Below, piece after piece: positions 47,901-54,347 of a stretch of DNA of 64,000 nt. The position numbers and the translations under genes were made by a program. This stretch comes from Granulicella sp. (GTDB taxonomy: Bacteria; Acidobacteriota; Terriglobia; Terriglobales; Acidobacteriaceae), in NCBI GenBank assembly GCA_965198635.1, contig OZ240669.1, positions 781,917 through 845,916 on the forward strand, given 5' to 3'. The notes beneath the pieces are model-generated. The model saw only the letters and a list, made by a program, of their open reading frames with translations, searched no databases and was not told the DNA's origin. How positions within the stretch are numbered: position 1 is the stretch's first letter; every line of letters begins with the position of its first letter.

Positions 47901-47988
47901 GCTGGCGGGGACGACCTTTGCCCTGCCCGGCGGCGAGACCCCGGCGGCGCACACGCTGCGGCTGGTGCCGGCCGGTGGAAACTCATGA
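44884..47988 (+). CDS. penicillin acylase-family Ntn hydrolase (possible acyl-homoserine-lactone acylase)
   Basis: ATG 44884 within ORF 44830..47988, overlapping the CPBP gene by 17 nt. Nucleophile motif GSNNWAVSG, GHIGYHAIG and ATANSRV. Unusually long (1034 aa). Confidence 0.85.
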   Translation: MSSLNEEQRPGPAAEGVERQSEPRLLTRSVPTEPGDKERRNGSSRREPKERQHAAESGLRAWASNLRRSRGPRRVLLGLGAVLLLLCVGLVVWVASLRHAVNAALPALDGEATVHGLQSAVNVTRDAQGVPSITAGSLHDALFAQGYVTASDRLWQMDALRRHGAGELAEVLGPSMVEHDRRQRILQMRATADRAVTELPADQRAELEAYAAGVNSYIDGHRGSLPVEFRLLSYKPAAWTPRDSLLILLVMFQDMSTRFPQKMDREALSRHLPNDLLPDLYPVGSWRDQPPSAQNHSISAPHAVELIPLDPSQARAMPRPARVNPEAGTRELLAASEALASTESCEDCRAGSNNWAVSGARTASGKPLLANDTHLSLLIPDAWYEVALRTTAAEEAASAVAGDAAGTLDASGFTLPGLPFVVIGRNAHVAWGVTNLGGDTQDVRVEHLRGSGTAMEFEQTDGQWAPVEHHEERIRVRGGLDRVLDVETTTHAVGTETMVTPIISGLYPSDPRTLSLAWTAYAPRAVSVPLLAANVATDGAALVRSFATFGGPTLNVVWADTEGHIGYHAIGLIPMRGSTVPQPRDLPEAVTAAPSGTAVPDEGEGDQTPVRQPAAMQRELTGPRLVLSAYRPGRRRVGASRAAGPLATPGRRRRAAAAALVEPPQEAPAPAALRSYTIGSRVSPVPTDALDAKQAWVGYIAYADMPAVTDPAVGVLATANSRVTADDYPWSVSDDWADPFRTERIVHLLSGRTGLTPSDMLAAENDVHSDVNQAMGQRIAYAIDHASAFALGGDARRLHQAADLLRSWDGEMTTGSSAAALLTTVRESLWPTLLGPQLTAHAAGAQAPNAAEVASLVKLYNWGERTTALELMLQNQPARWLPAAFANWNDFLATATEQGLRAANAPADLSRWPYGKLHTVELMHPVFGPHPLLARLLGIAGSTGRQPAPGDFTTIKAIGPHFGPSERFVADLSKDRTSWHGALGNVTTGESENGHSPWYLDQFAPWLAGTTFALPGGETPAAHTLRLVPAGGNS

Positions 47989-48533
47989 GCGCGGCGAAGG
48001 TAGTGGCGGTGTCGCTGGCCGCACAGCATGGATTTGCCAAGCAGCCGCAGGCCTGTATCCGGCTGCTGGCGGGCGAAGGTGTGGAGGGCGATGCGCACCG
48101 GGGCACGACCGTGCAGCACCTCTATCAGGTGCGGCGCGATCCCTCCAAGCCGAACCTCTGCCAGGTGCATCTTTTTGCGGCGGAAAAGCTGGGAGAGCTG
48201 GCCGCGGCCGGGTACCCGCTCGGGCCGGGCGAGATCGGGGAGAACGTGCTGACGTGCGGGGTCGATCTGCTGGCGTTGCCGCGGGGGACGAGGGTGCGAT
48301 TGGGAGCGCAGGCGGTGGTCGAGATTACCGGTCTGCGCACGCCGTGTTCGCAGATTGACGGCTACCGGGCGGGGCTGCAGAGGCTACTTTGGGGGCCGCG
48401 CGACGCAAAGGGTAAGCGCGAACGCCGGGCCGGGGTGATGGCCGTGGTAGTGACGGGCGGCGAGGTATCGCCCGGGGATCCGCTGCTGGTGGAGCTGCCT
48501 CCGGAGCCGCACCAGCCTTTAGGGCCGGTGTAG
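47985..48533 (+). CDS. MOSC domain-containing protein
   Basis: ATG 47985 in an ATGA overlap with the acylase stop. GENVLTCGVDL...VEITGLRTPCSQID with the conserved Cys. Confidence 0.8.
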   Translation: MSAAKVVAVSLAAQHGFAKQPQACIRLLAGEGVEGDAHRGTTVQHLYQVRRDPSKPNLCQVHLFAAEKLGELAAAGYPLGPGEIGENVLTCGVDLLALPRGTRVRLGAQAVVEITGLRTPCSQIDGYRAGLQRLLWGPRDAKGKRERRAGVMAVVVTGGEVSPGDPLLVELPPEPHQPLGPV

Positions 48534-48696
48534 TTGGATCGACTTCGCACGGGGTGCTGCTATTGAGCCGCGCCGGTCAGGGATCCTTGCTCATGCCGCG
48601 AAGCGGGCGGACACGGGTTCAAAAGGGTTACGTAAGCTGCGGTTCTGTATCAACTTAGGACAACCGTCGGCGTTCGCGGCGTAGGAGAATGAACCC

Positions 48697-50541
48697 ATGC
48701 GGTCCCCGGAGATCCAAGTGCGCACGCAACGGGTTTGGGCAGCCAACACGGCGCCGATCCTCGTGCTGCCGATGCTTGCGCTGGCGATCGTTTGGCCGTT
48801 GCTGCGGCATGGACCCTCCTGCGGGCATGACTTTGGGTTTCATCTGCAGAGCTGGATGGATGCCGGCGCACAGATGCGGCGGGGTGCGTGGCTGCCGCGC
48901 TGGGCGTACTCACCGGCGTTCAATGCGGGTGAGCCGCGTTTTGTGTTCTATCCACCGCTTTCGTGGTGGATCGGTTCCCTGCTGCTGCTCGCGCTGCCGG
49001 CAGCGATTGTTCCGGCGGTGTTCACCTGGCTGGCGCTGACGGGGGCGGGGATCGGCATGTACGCCCTGGCAAGGCGCTTTGCCGGGAAGGCGGCGGCTTT
49101 GCTGGCCGCAGCAGTCTATGTTGCCAATCCTTACATTTTGTTTACCGCCTTCGAACGCACCGCCTATGCCGAGCTGTTGGCGGCAGCGTGGATGCCCCTG
49201 CTGTTCCGGGCGGCCCTGAGCGAGGAGCTACGGCCGGTGGCGATCGCGATTCCGCTGGCGCTGCTCTGGCTGACCAATGCACCGGCCGCCGTCATGGGAA
49301 CCTATGCGCTGATCCTGATTGTTGCGCTTCGAGTGCTTCGATTGCTGCTTGGCCTGAAGAGGATAAGACCGGCGGGAGAGATGACCAGTGCCGCTGCCGG
49401 GAGATTTGTGCTCAAGCTGTGCCTTGGGCTTGGTTTTGGATTGGGTCTTGGATTGAGTCTAGGACTGGGGCTGGCGGGTTTCTACCTGCTGCCCGCGGCC
49501 TTTGAGCGCCGCTATGTGCAAATCGCGATGGCCATCATTCCAAATATGCGCGTGGAGGACAACTTTCTCTTCGGGGGCACCGGCTACGGCCCGCATGACG
49601 CGGTGCTGCACACCGCCAGCCTGGTGGCAGTGGAGACAACGGGGCTGGCGCTGTTTTTCCTGGGTATCGCCTTCGCCGCTCGGGAACGGGGCGAGGCAGG
49701 ACGGGGTGAGGCAGGGCCTGGCAGCCGGGAGGGGACCGGGCGGAGACTTCTGCCTATTCTCGGCGCTTTGCTCGCGGTGATTGCTGCCCTGCTGTGGAAG
49801 GGAAGCCTTCCTGTCTGGCACCACGTGCCGGAGCTGGCATTTCTGCAGTTTCCCTGGCGCCTGCTGAGTGTTCTGGGGTGTGTTTTGGGGCTGGCGGCGG
49901 CTTCCGCCCTGCGTTCGCTGAGCCTGCCCGTTCCCTGGGCGGCGGCGGCGGCGTTGACGATCGCGGTCGCCGGGGGCGCGGTCGGGATCGTGCCGTTTCG
50001 TGAGGCTTGCGAGGCGGGCGAGCTGCCGGCGGCGCGACTGGCCCGTTTCGAAACCCACCACGGGGTGGGTCCGACCGACGAATACACGCCTGAGGATGCG
50101 GATAACGATCAGCTGCGTTGGGACGATCCGGCCTGGTGGCTGGCGGCGACTCCAAACGCTCCGGGTCCCGGGACCGTGCCCAACCCGGCTGCGACCATCA
50201 CCGACTACGATGAGCCCCCGCCGATGGACCAGACCGTGGCGGGGTTTGCGCCGCACCAGCTGACTTTGCGTCTCGACCGGCCGGAAGACCTGATCCTAAA
50301 TCTGCGCGATTACCCTGCCTGGCAGGTGACTGTGAATGGGCACCTACAAGCGAAGCACCTGGAACGGGACGACGGCCTGCTGGGGCTGGCGCTGCCCGCG
50401 GGCGAGAATACGGTGGACGTTCGCTGGCGCACGCTGCCGGATGTGTGGGCCGGGGAGGCGATGACGACGGTTTCGCTGATAGGCGCGGGTTGGCTCGGTT
50501 GGCGGTCGCGTAGAATCAGAGGTCTAAGCGATGCCAGTTGA
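48697..50541 (+). CDS. large polytopic membrane protein, glycosyltransferase-C-like (family uncertain)
   Basis: ATG with AGGAGA 8 nt upstream, more than 10 TM spans, and a soluble C-terminal domain. The N-terminal HDFGFHL...GEPRFVFYPPLSWW resembles predicted membrane glycosyl- or arabinosyl-transferase-like proteins. Confidence 0.65.
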   Translation: MRSPEIQVRTQRVWAANTAPILVLPMLALAIVWPLLRHGPSCGHDFGFHLQSWMDAGAQMRRGAWLPRWAYSPAFNAGEPRFVFYPPLSWWIGSLLLLALPAAIVPAVFTWLALTGAGIGMYALARRFAGKAAALLAAAVYVANPYILFTAFERTAYAELLAAAWMPLLFRAALSEELRPVAIAIPLALLWLTNAPAAVMGTYALILIVALRVLRLLLGLKRIRPAGEMTSAAAGRFVLKLCLGLGFGLGLGLSLGLGLAGFYLLPAAFERRYVQIAMAIIPNMRVEDNFLFGGTGYGPHDAVLHTASLVAVETTGLALFFLGIAFAARERGEAGRGEAGPGSREGTGRRLLPILGALLAVIAALLWKGSLPVWHHVPELAFLQFPWRLLSVLGCVLGLAAASALRSLSLPVPWAAAAALTIAVAGGAVGIVPFREACEAGELPAARLARFETHHGVGPTDEYTPEDADNDQLRWDDPAWWLAATPNAPGPGTVPNPAATITDYDEPPPMDQTVAGFAPHQLTLRLDRPEDLILNLRDYPAWQVTVNGHLQAKHLERDDGLLGLALPAGENTVDVRWRTLPDVWAGEAMTTVSLIGAGWLGWRSRRIRGLSDAS

Positions 50542-51559
50542 TGTGCAATCCATCCTGCGGTCGGGCGCCGCGCTGACCGATGCGGCGCTGGAGCGGCTTT
50601 TGCCGGGTGCGACCGTTGAACCCCATTCGATCCACCGGGCCATGCGCCACTCCACCTTTGCCGGCGGCAAGCGGCTGCGACCGATCTTTGTGCTGGAAGC
50701 GGCGCGGATGACGGCCGTGGCGGGTGCGGCATCCGATGCTGGCTCAGATCCGGAATCCGATGCTGGCTCGGCGTTTCAAGTCTCGGCTCATGATGCAAAT
50801 GACCCGGACGGGCTGCCGCAGGGTGTAGCGGCCCTGGGCGCGGCGATCGAAATGCTGCACACCTATTCCCTGATTCACGACGATCTGCCGGCGCTCGACA
50901 ACGATGACCTGCGGCGCGGCCAGCCGACCTGCCACGTGGCCTTCGGTGAAGCGATTGCCATTCTGGCCGGTGATGCGCTGCAGACGCTGGCCTTCGGCAC
51001 CATCGGCAACCTGCCCGCTCCGGCGGAGGCCGTAGTGGCAGTACTGCGTGAAGTTTCAACGGCGGTCGGCACGGGCATTGGACGGATCGGGGACCGGGAG
51101 ACCGGGCTGCCGCCGGGCATGATCGGAGGCCAGGTGGTGGATATCGAGTCGGAAGGTGCAAAACCCACGGCAGCGCTGGTGGAGGCAATCCACCGTTCGA
51201 AGACCGGCGCGCTGATCACCGTTTCCATCGTCGCCGGCGCCATCTACGGAGCAGGGCGGCGAGGCCTGCCGGCCCGAGAGCTCGCGCTGATCCGCACCTT
51301 CGGCGAAAAAGCAGGACTGGCCTTCCAGATCGTGGACGACATCCTGGACGTGACGCAGAGCTCCGAACAGCTAGGCAAGACGGCCGGCAAGGACACCGCC
51401 ACCGATAAAGCGACTTGGCCGGCCGTCTTTGGGATCGAAGGGAGCCGCCAGGATGCCAGCAAACTCATCGACGACGCTTTTAGCGCTCTGGAAACCTTTG
51501 GCGCGGCGGCGGATTCGCTGAAGGCTGTGGCGCGCTACCTTGTCGACCGTACCCACTGA
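50531..51559 (+). CDS. ispA: polyprenyl diphosphate synthase (FPP/GGPP synthase)
   Basis: FARM LIHDDLPALDNDDLRRG and SARM FQIVDDILD. Overlaps the preceding gene by 11 nt. Confidence 0.9.
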   Translation: MPVDVQSILRSGAALTDAALERLLPGATVEPHSIHRAMRHSTFAGGKRLRPIFVLEAARMTAVAGAASDAGSDPESDAGSAFQVSAHDANDPDGLPQGVAALGAAIEMLHTYSLIHDDLPALDNDDLRRGQPTCHVAFGEAIAILAGDALQTLAFGTIGNLPAPAEAVVAVLREVSTAVGTGIGRIGDRETGLPPGMIGGQVVDIESEGAKPTAALVEAIHRSKTGALITVSIVAGAIYGAGRRGLPARELALIRTFGEKAGLAFQIVDDILDVTQSSEQLGKTAGKDTATDKATWPAVFGIEGSRQDASKLIDDAFSALETFGAAADSLKAVARYLVDRTH

Positions 51560-51633
51560 GCCGGCTTGCCCGAAGCAAACCCTAAGCCCCATCGAAACTG
51601 AATTTTGAGCTTGATCGAACCAGCCCCATCGAG

Positions 51634-52035
51634 TTGAACACCATGCGACTGCAGCCTAGACACTACCTTCTGATCGCCGTTTTGCTTGCCCTGGGCATCT
51701 ACAACCTGATCCGGATCAACCGCGCGCGCCACAGCGCCGGCAGTGTCGCGGTTTCGGCAAACCGCCCGGGGACGCCGGCGTGGGGGAGCTTCGATCATGC
51801 CGCCGCGCTGCGCGATGCGCCGGAGACGCAGTTTACCCCCGCGCTGAGCGCGCTGCGGACGGAGGCCGACGCCGCGCAGGGAGCCGATGCGGGCGACTTG
51901 CGCAACTGCCTGATGTGGCTCCAGTACTACCGGCACAGCGTGCCGATGGCCGGCGGCAACGTGAATAGCTGGGGCATGCTGGCGACCGGCCACGTGCAAA
52001 GCTGCATGAACGAGCATCGCGATGTGGGTCAATAG
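51634..52035 (+). CDS. hypothetical N-terminally anchored protein
   Basis: Listed ORF (TTG). ATG at 51643 (MRLQPRHYLLIAVLLALGIYNLI) is more likely. No family recognised. Confidence 0.5.
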   Translation: MNTMRLQPRHYLLIAVLLALGIYNLIRINRARHSAGSVAVSANRPGTPAWGSFDHAAALRDAPETQFTPALSALRTEADAAQGADAGDLRNCLMWLQYYRHSVPMAGGNVNSWGMLATGHVQSCMNEHRDVGQ

Positions 52036-52039
52036 GCCC

Positions 52040-52363
52040 ATGGCGGAGACGTTTTCTCAAGCCGAACTGATGGAAGCTCTTCGCGAGTGCTTTGTGCCGG
52101 CGCTGCGACGGGACGTGGTTTCGGCCGGTCTGGTGCGGTCGGCGGCACTGGAGCTCGATTGCGAGGCGCCGGGGGCTGGCATCCCGGGCGTGCCACCGCG
52201 ATTTGTCGCGCGGTTAACGCTTTGGGAGGCGGGCACCGACGACGCCGTGAACGCGCAGCTGCGGGCGGCGGTGGAAAACCGGCTGCTGGGACTTTATGCC
52301 ATTTCGCGGGTGGAGTTCACCCTGCTGCCCCCACTGTTTTCCATCCTGCGCGGCGCGGGATAA
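52040..52363 (+). CDS. DUF59/MIP18-like (Fe-S assembly related) protein
   Basis: ATG 52040 lies 5 nt after the preceding stop. LMEALRECFVPALRRDVVSAGLV resembles the DUF59 N-terminal motif. Confidence 0.6.
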   Translation: MAETFSQAELMEALRECFVPALRRDVVSAGLVRSAALELDCEAPGAGIPGVPPRFVARLTLWEAGTDDAVNAQLRAAVENRLLGLYAISRVEFTLLPPLFSILRGAG

Positions 52364-52367
52364 CGGA

Positions 52368-53120
52368 ATGAGCGCACGGATGCCCCTATTGCCAGCAAAG
52401 AAATCCCGCCGGGCGATTCCTTCGACGGCAATTCATCCGTTCGATCAGCGGCATGGTACGGACACCTCCGGCCTGCTGCCCGGGCCGCAGATCGCGGAAG
52501 GCACGGGGATCGCGTATGAGGAATTGACGGCTTACTACGGCGTTGCGCCGAGCATCCTGCACGGCCTGATCGACCTTTGGCTGCGGGAGTGCGCGCCGCC
52601 GCAGCCCATTGATCGCACCGTGTTTCTGGACGTGGGCGCGGGGAAGGGCCGGGCGATGCTGCTGGCGTCGCAGCATCCTTTTTTGCGGGTAGAAGGCGTG
52701 GAGCTGAACCCGGGGCTGGCGGCGGTGGCCACCGCCAACATGAAGCTATGGAAGAAAGATCCGCACGCCGTGACGCTGGCACCGCTGCGCTTGCGGAAAG
52801 GCGATGCCACCCGGCTTCCGCTGCCGCCGGAACCAACGTTGGCCTACCTGTTTCACCCGTTTGAGACGAAGCTGCTGCAGCGATTTCTGCGGCATGTGGC
52901 GAGGTCGGTTGCCAGGCAGCCGCGGGTGGTCGATCTGATGTATGTGAACGCTGAGCATGACTCTCTGTTGGACCGCGAACCGGGGCTGCAGAAGCTGTGG
53001 TTTGGGCGGGTGCCGATGTCGGCAGCGGACCATCTGGCGGACCTGGAAGCCATCGCGCAGCAGGAGGAGTACGGCTCCACAGGCGATGAATTATGCGGAA
53101 TTTACCGGTTCCGGGAATAG
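52368..53120 (+). CDS. class I SAM-dependent methyltransferase
   Basis: ATG 52368 within ORF 52296..53120. Motif I FLDVGAGKGRAMLLAS, then VEGVELNP. Confidence 0.75.
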   Translation: MSARMPLLPAKKSRRAIPSTAIHPFDQRHGTDTSGLLPGPQIAEGTGIAYEELTAYYGVAPSILHGLIDLWLRECAPPQPIDRTVFLDVGAGKGRAMLLASQHPFLRVEGVELNPGLAAVATANMKLWKKDPHAVTLAPLRLRKGDATRLPLPPEPTLAYLFHPFETKLLQRFLRHVARSVARQPRVVDLMYVNAEHDSLLDREPGLQKLWFGRVPMSAADHLADLEAIAQQEEYGSTGDELCGIYRFRE

Positions 53121-53126
53121 CGTAGA

Positions 53127-53170
53127 TTGACACTTGACAACCGTGCGTTGTGCGGCGCATAGTATAAAAT
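53127..53170 (+). promoter_or_regulatory. promoter-like AT-rich segment (two TTGACA hexamers and TAGTATAAAAT)
   Basis: TTGACACTTGACA at 53127..53139 and TAGTATAAAAT at 53160..53170. The spacings (20-27 nt) are not canonical, so this is only promoter-like. Confidence 0.3.
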
Positions 53171-53409
53171 TTTCATTTGTACACCTTTCGTTGCATCTTT
53201 TCGATAGAGATCCCGTCTACTATGCAGAAGACAGGGAGATCCTAGCGAAACGCGTTCGCAGGTTGTTTGCTCCGGTCGAGAAGCCAGTGACCGCGACGGC
53301 TCAGTCATGATCTGATACCCGCCCACGCTGAAGACCCTCCACCAAACAGATTGTGTATCGACGTGTGCCGAGGCGCAGTTGCCCCCGCGCGTTCACAAGG
53401 AGATTTGTG

Positions 53410-53526
53410 ATGTACGAAATCCTAGTTGCCACCGCTCTTGCCGCCACCGTGTTCTTCCCCAGCTTCATCGGCATCCGTGCCCAGACTGTTGCCCAGGAAG
53501 CCACCACACGCCGGCGCTCGCGGTAA
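53410..53526 (+). CDS. unlisted small ORF, 38 aa (MYEILVATALAATVFFPSFIGIRAQTVAQEATTRRRSR)
   Basis: AAGGAG (53397..53402) lies 7 nt before the ATG. TAA at 53524, with a strong terminator starting 19 nt later. Below the ORF-track length cut-off. Confidence 0.45.
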   Translation: MYEILVATALAATVFFPSFIGIRAQTVAQEATTRRRSR

Positions 53527-53544
53527 GTCGTCGCCCCACGGGGC

Positions 53545-53581
53545 AAGGCCGCGTCCCATTGGGGACGCGGCCTTTAGTTTT
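53545..53581 (+). terminator. rho-independent terminator
   Basis: AAGGCCGCGTCCC-ATTG-GGGACGCGGCCTT (13-bp perfect stem) followed by TAGTTTT. Confidence 0.8.
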
Positions 53582-53644
53582 GGAAGCTGTGGCTGGCTGT
53601 AGCTGTTTCCAGCAGGTATAGAGCGGCTGCGAAGGGAATACAGA

Positions 53645-53693
53645 GATCCTTCGCGGCGCTCAGGATGACGGCAACTTTAGGATGACGGCAACT
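53645..53693. repeat. repeat-family arm plus 2 x AGGATGACGGCAACT direct repeat
   Basis: GATCCTTCGCGGCGCTCAGGATGAC matches the right-arm consensus. AGGATGACGGCAACT is repeated at 53662 and 53679. Confidence 0.7.
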
Positions 53694-53715
53694 GTAGACC
53701 TAGACGAAAACAGCT

Positions 53716-53766
53716 GTAGCTGGGAGTAGTAGCTAGGTTAGTAGCTGGGAGTAGTAGCTGGGAGTA
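53716..53766. repeat. 4 x 12-13-bp tandem repeat GTAGCTGGGAGTA
   Basis: GTAGCTGGGAGTA GTAGCTAGGTTA GTAGCTGGGAGTA GTAGCTGGGAGTA. Confidence 0.85.
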
Positions 53767-53778
53767 AAGGCGAACAGC

Positions 53779-53806
53779 GGCCCTTCCCTGCGCTCGGGAT
53801 GACAAG
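53779..53806. repeat. degenerate arm of the GTCATCCTGAGC...GAAGGACC family
   Basis: GGCCCTTCCCTGCGCTCGGGATGACAAG. Confidence 0.55.
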
Positions 53807-53835
53807 TTTCGGGTGGATGGTCCCGCCGCTCAGAG

Positions 53836-53888
53836 TGGCTACTCCTGTCACTTGGGGTGGCTACTCCTGTGACTTGGGGTGGCTACTC
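53836..53888. repeat. 2.4 x 22-bp tandem repeat that includes the tsaE stop codon
   Basis: TGGCTACTCCTGTCACTTGGGG TGGCTACTCCTGTGACTTGGGG TGGCTACTC. The last partial copy contains the tsaE stop (CTA on the plus strand, 53883..53885). Confidence 0.85.
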
Positions 53889-54347
53889 GCGCCATCGGAT
53901 GTGGAGCAGCCGTTCGGTCTCGTTTTCGCCGGGGGTGATGGCGATTTCGGCGTCGGCACGGGCGACGAGCGAGGGGAAACGGTCGCCCCACTCGACGAGC
54001 ACGAGCGCATCGCCGGTATCGACGATCTCCCAAATACCGACGTTTTCGAGTTCGGCCTCGGTCTCGATGCGGTAGAGGTCGAGGTGGAAGATGCGGGTTT
54101 TGCGGCCTTTGTACTCGTGGGCCCTGTACTCGTGGACCAGGGTAAAGGTGGGGCTGGTGACGCCATCGGCGTCGGCGGCCCCGAGGGCCGAGGCCATGCC
54201 TTTGACGAGGGTCGTCTTGCCCGCGCCGAGATCGCCGCGCAGGATGACGAGTTTGGGTGGGAGCAGGAGCTCGGTCAACAGTTGACCGAGGCCGAGGGTG
54301 CCGGCCTCGCTGCGGGTGCGCAGGCGTTTCTCGCGATTGAAGTTCAT
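53883..54347 (-). CDS. tsaE: tRNA t6A biosynthesis ATPase TsaE
   Basis: Walker A GDLGAGKTTLVKG, SPTFTLVHEY, HLDLYR. ATGA overlap with the nnr stop. Confidence 0.9.
   Translation of the reverse strand: MNFNREKRLRTRSEAGTLGLGQLLTELLLPPKLVILRGDLGAGKTTLVKGMASALGAADADGVTSPTFTLVHEYRAHEYKGRKTRIFHLDLYRIETEAELENVGIWEIVDTGDALVLVEWGDRFPSLVARADAEIAITPGENETERLLHIRWRE

Noticed and set aside
45639-47952. Two long minus-strand ORFs (45639..46673 and 46819..47952)
   Set aside because: They are antisense to the penicillin-acylase-family gene, with Arg/Pro/Ser-rich products.
53102-53546. Two minus-strand ORFs (74 aa and 81 aa) in the AT-rich intergenic region
   Set aside because: They have no RBS, implausible composition, and they overlap the better-supported plus-strand SD-ORF-terminator unit.
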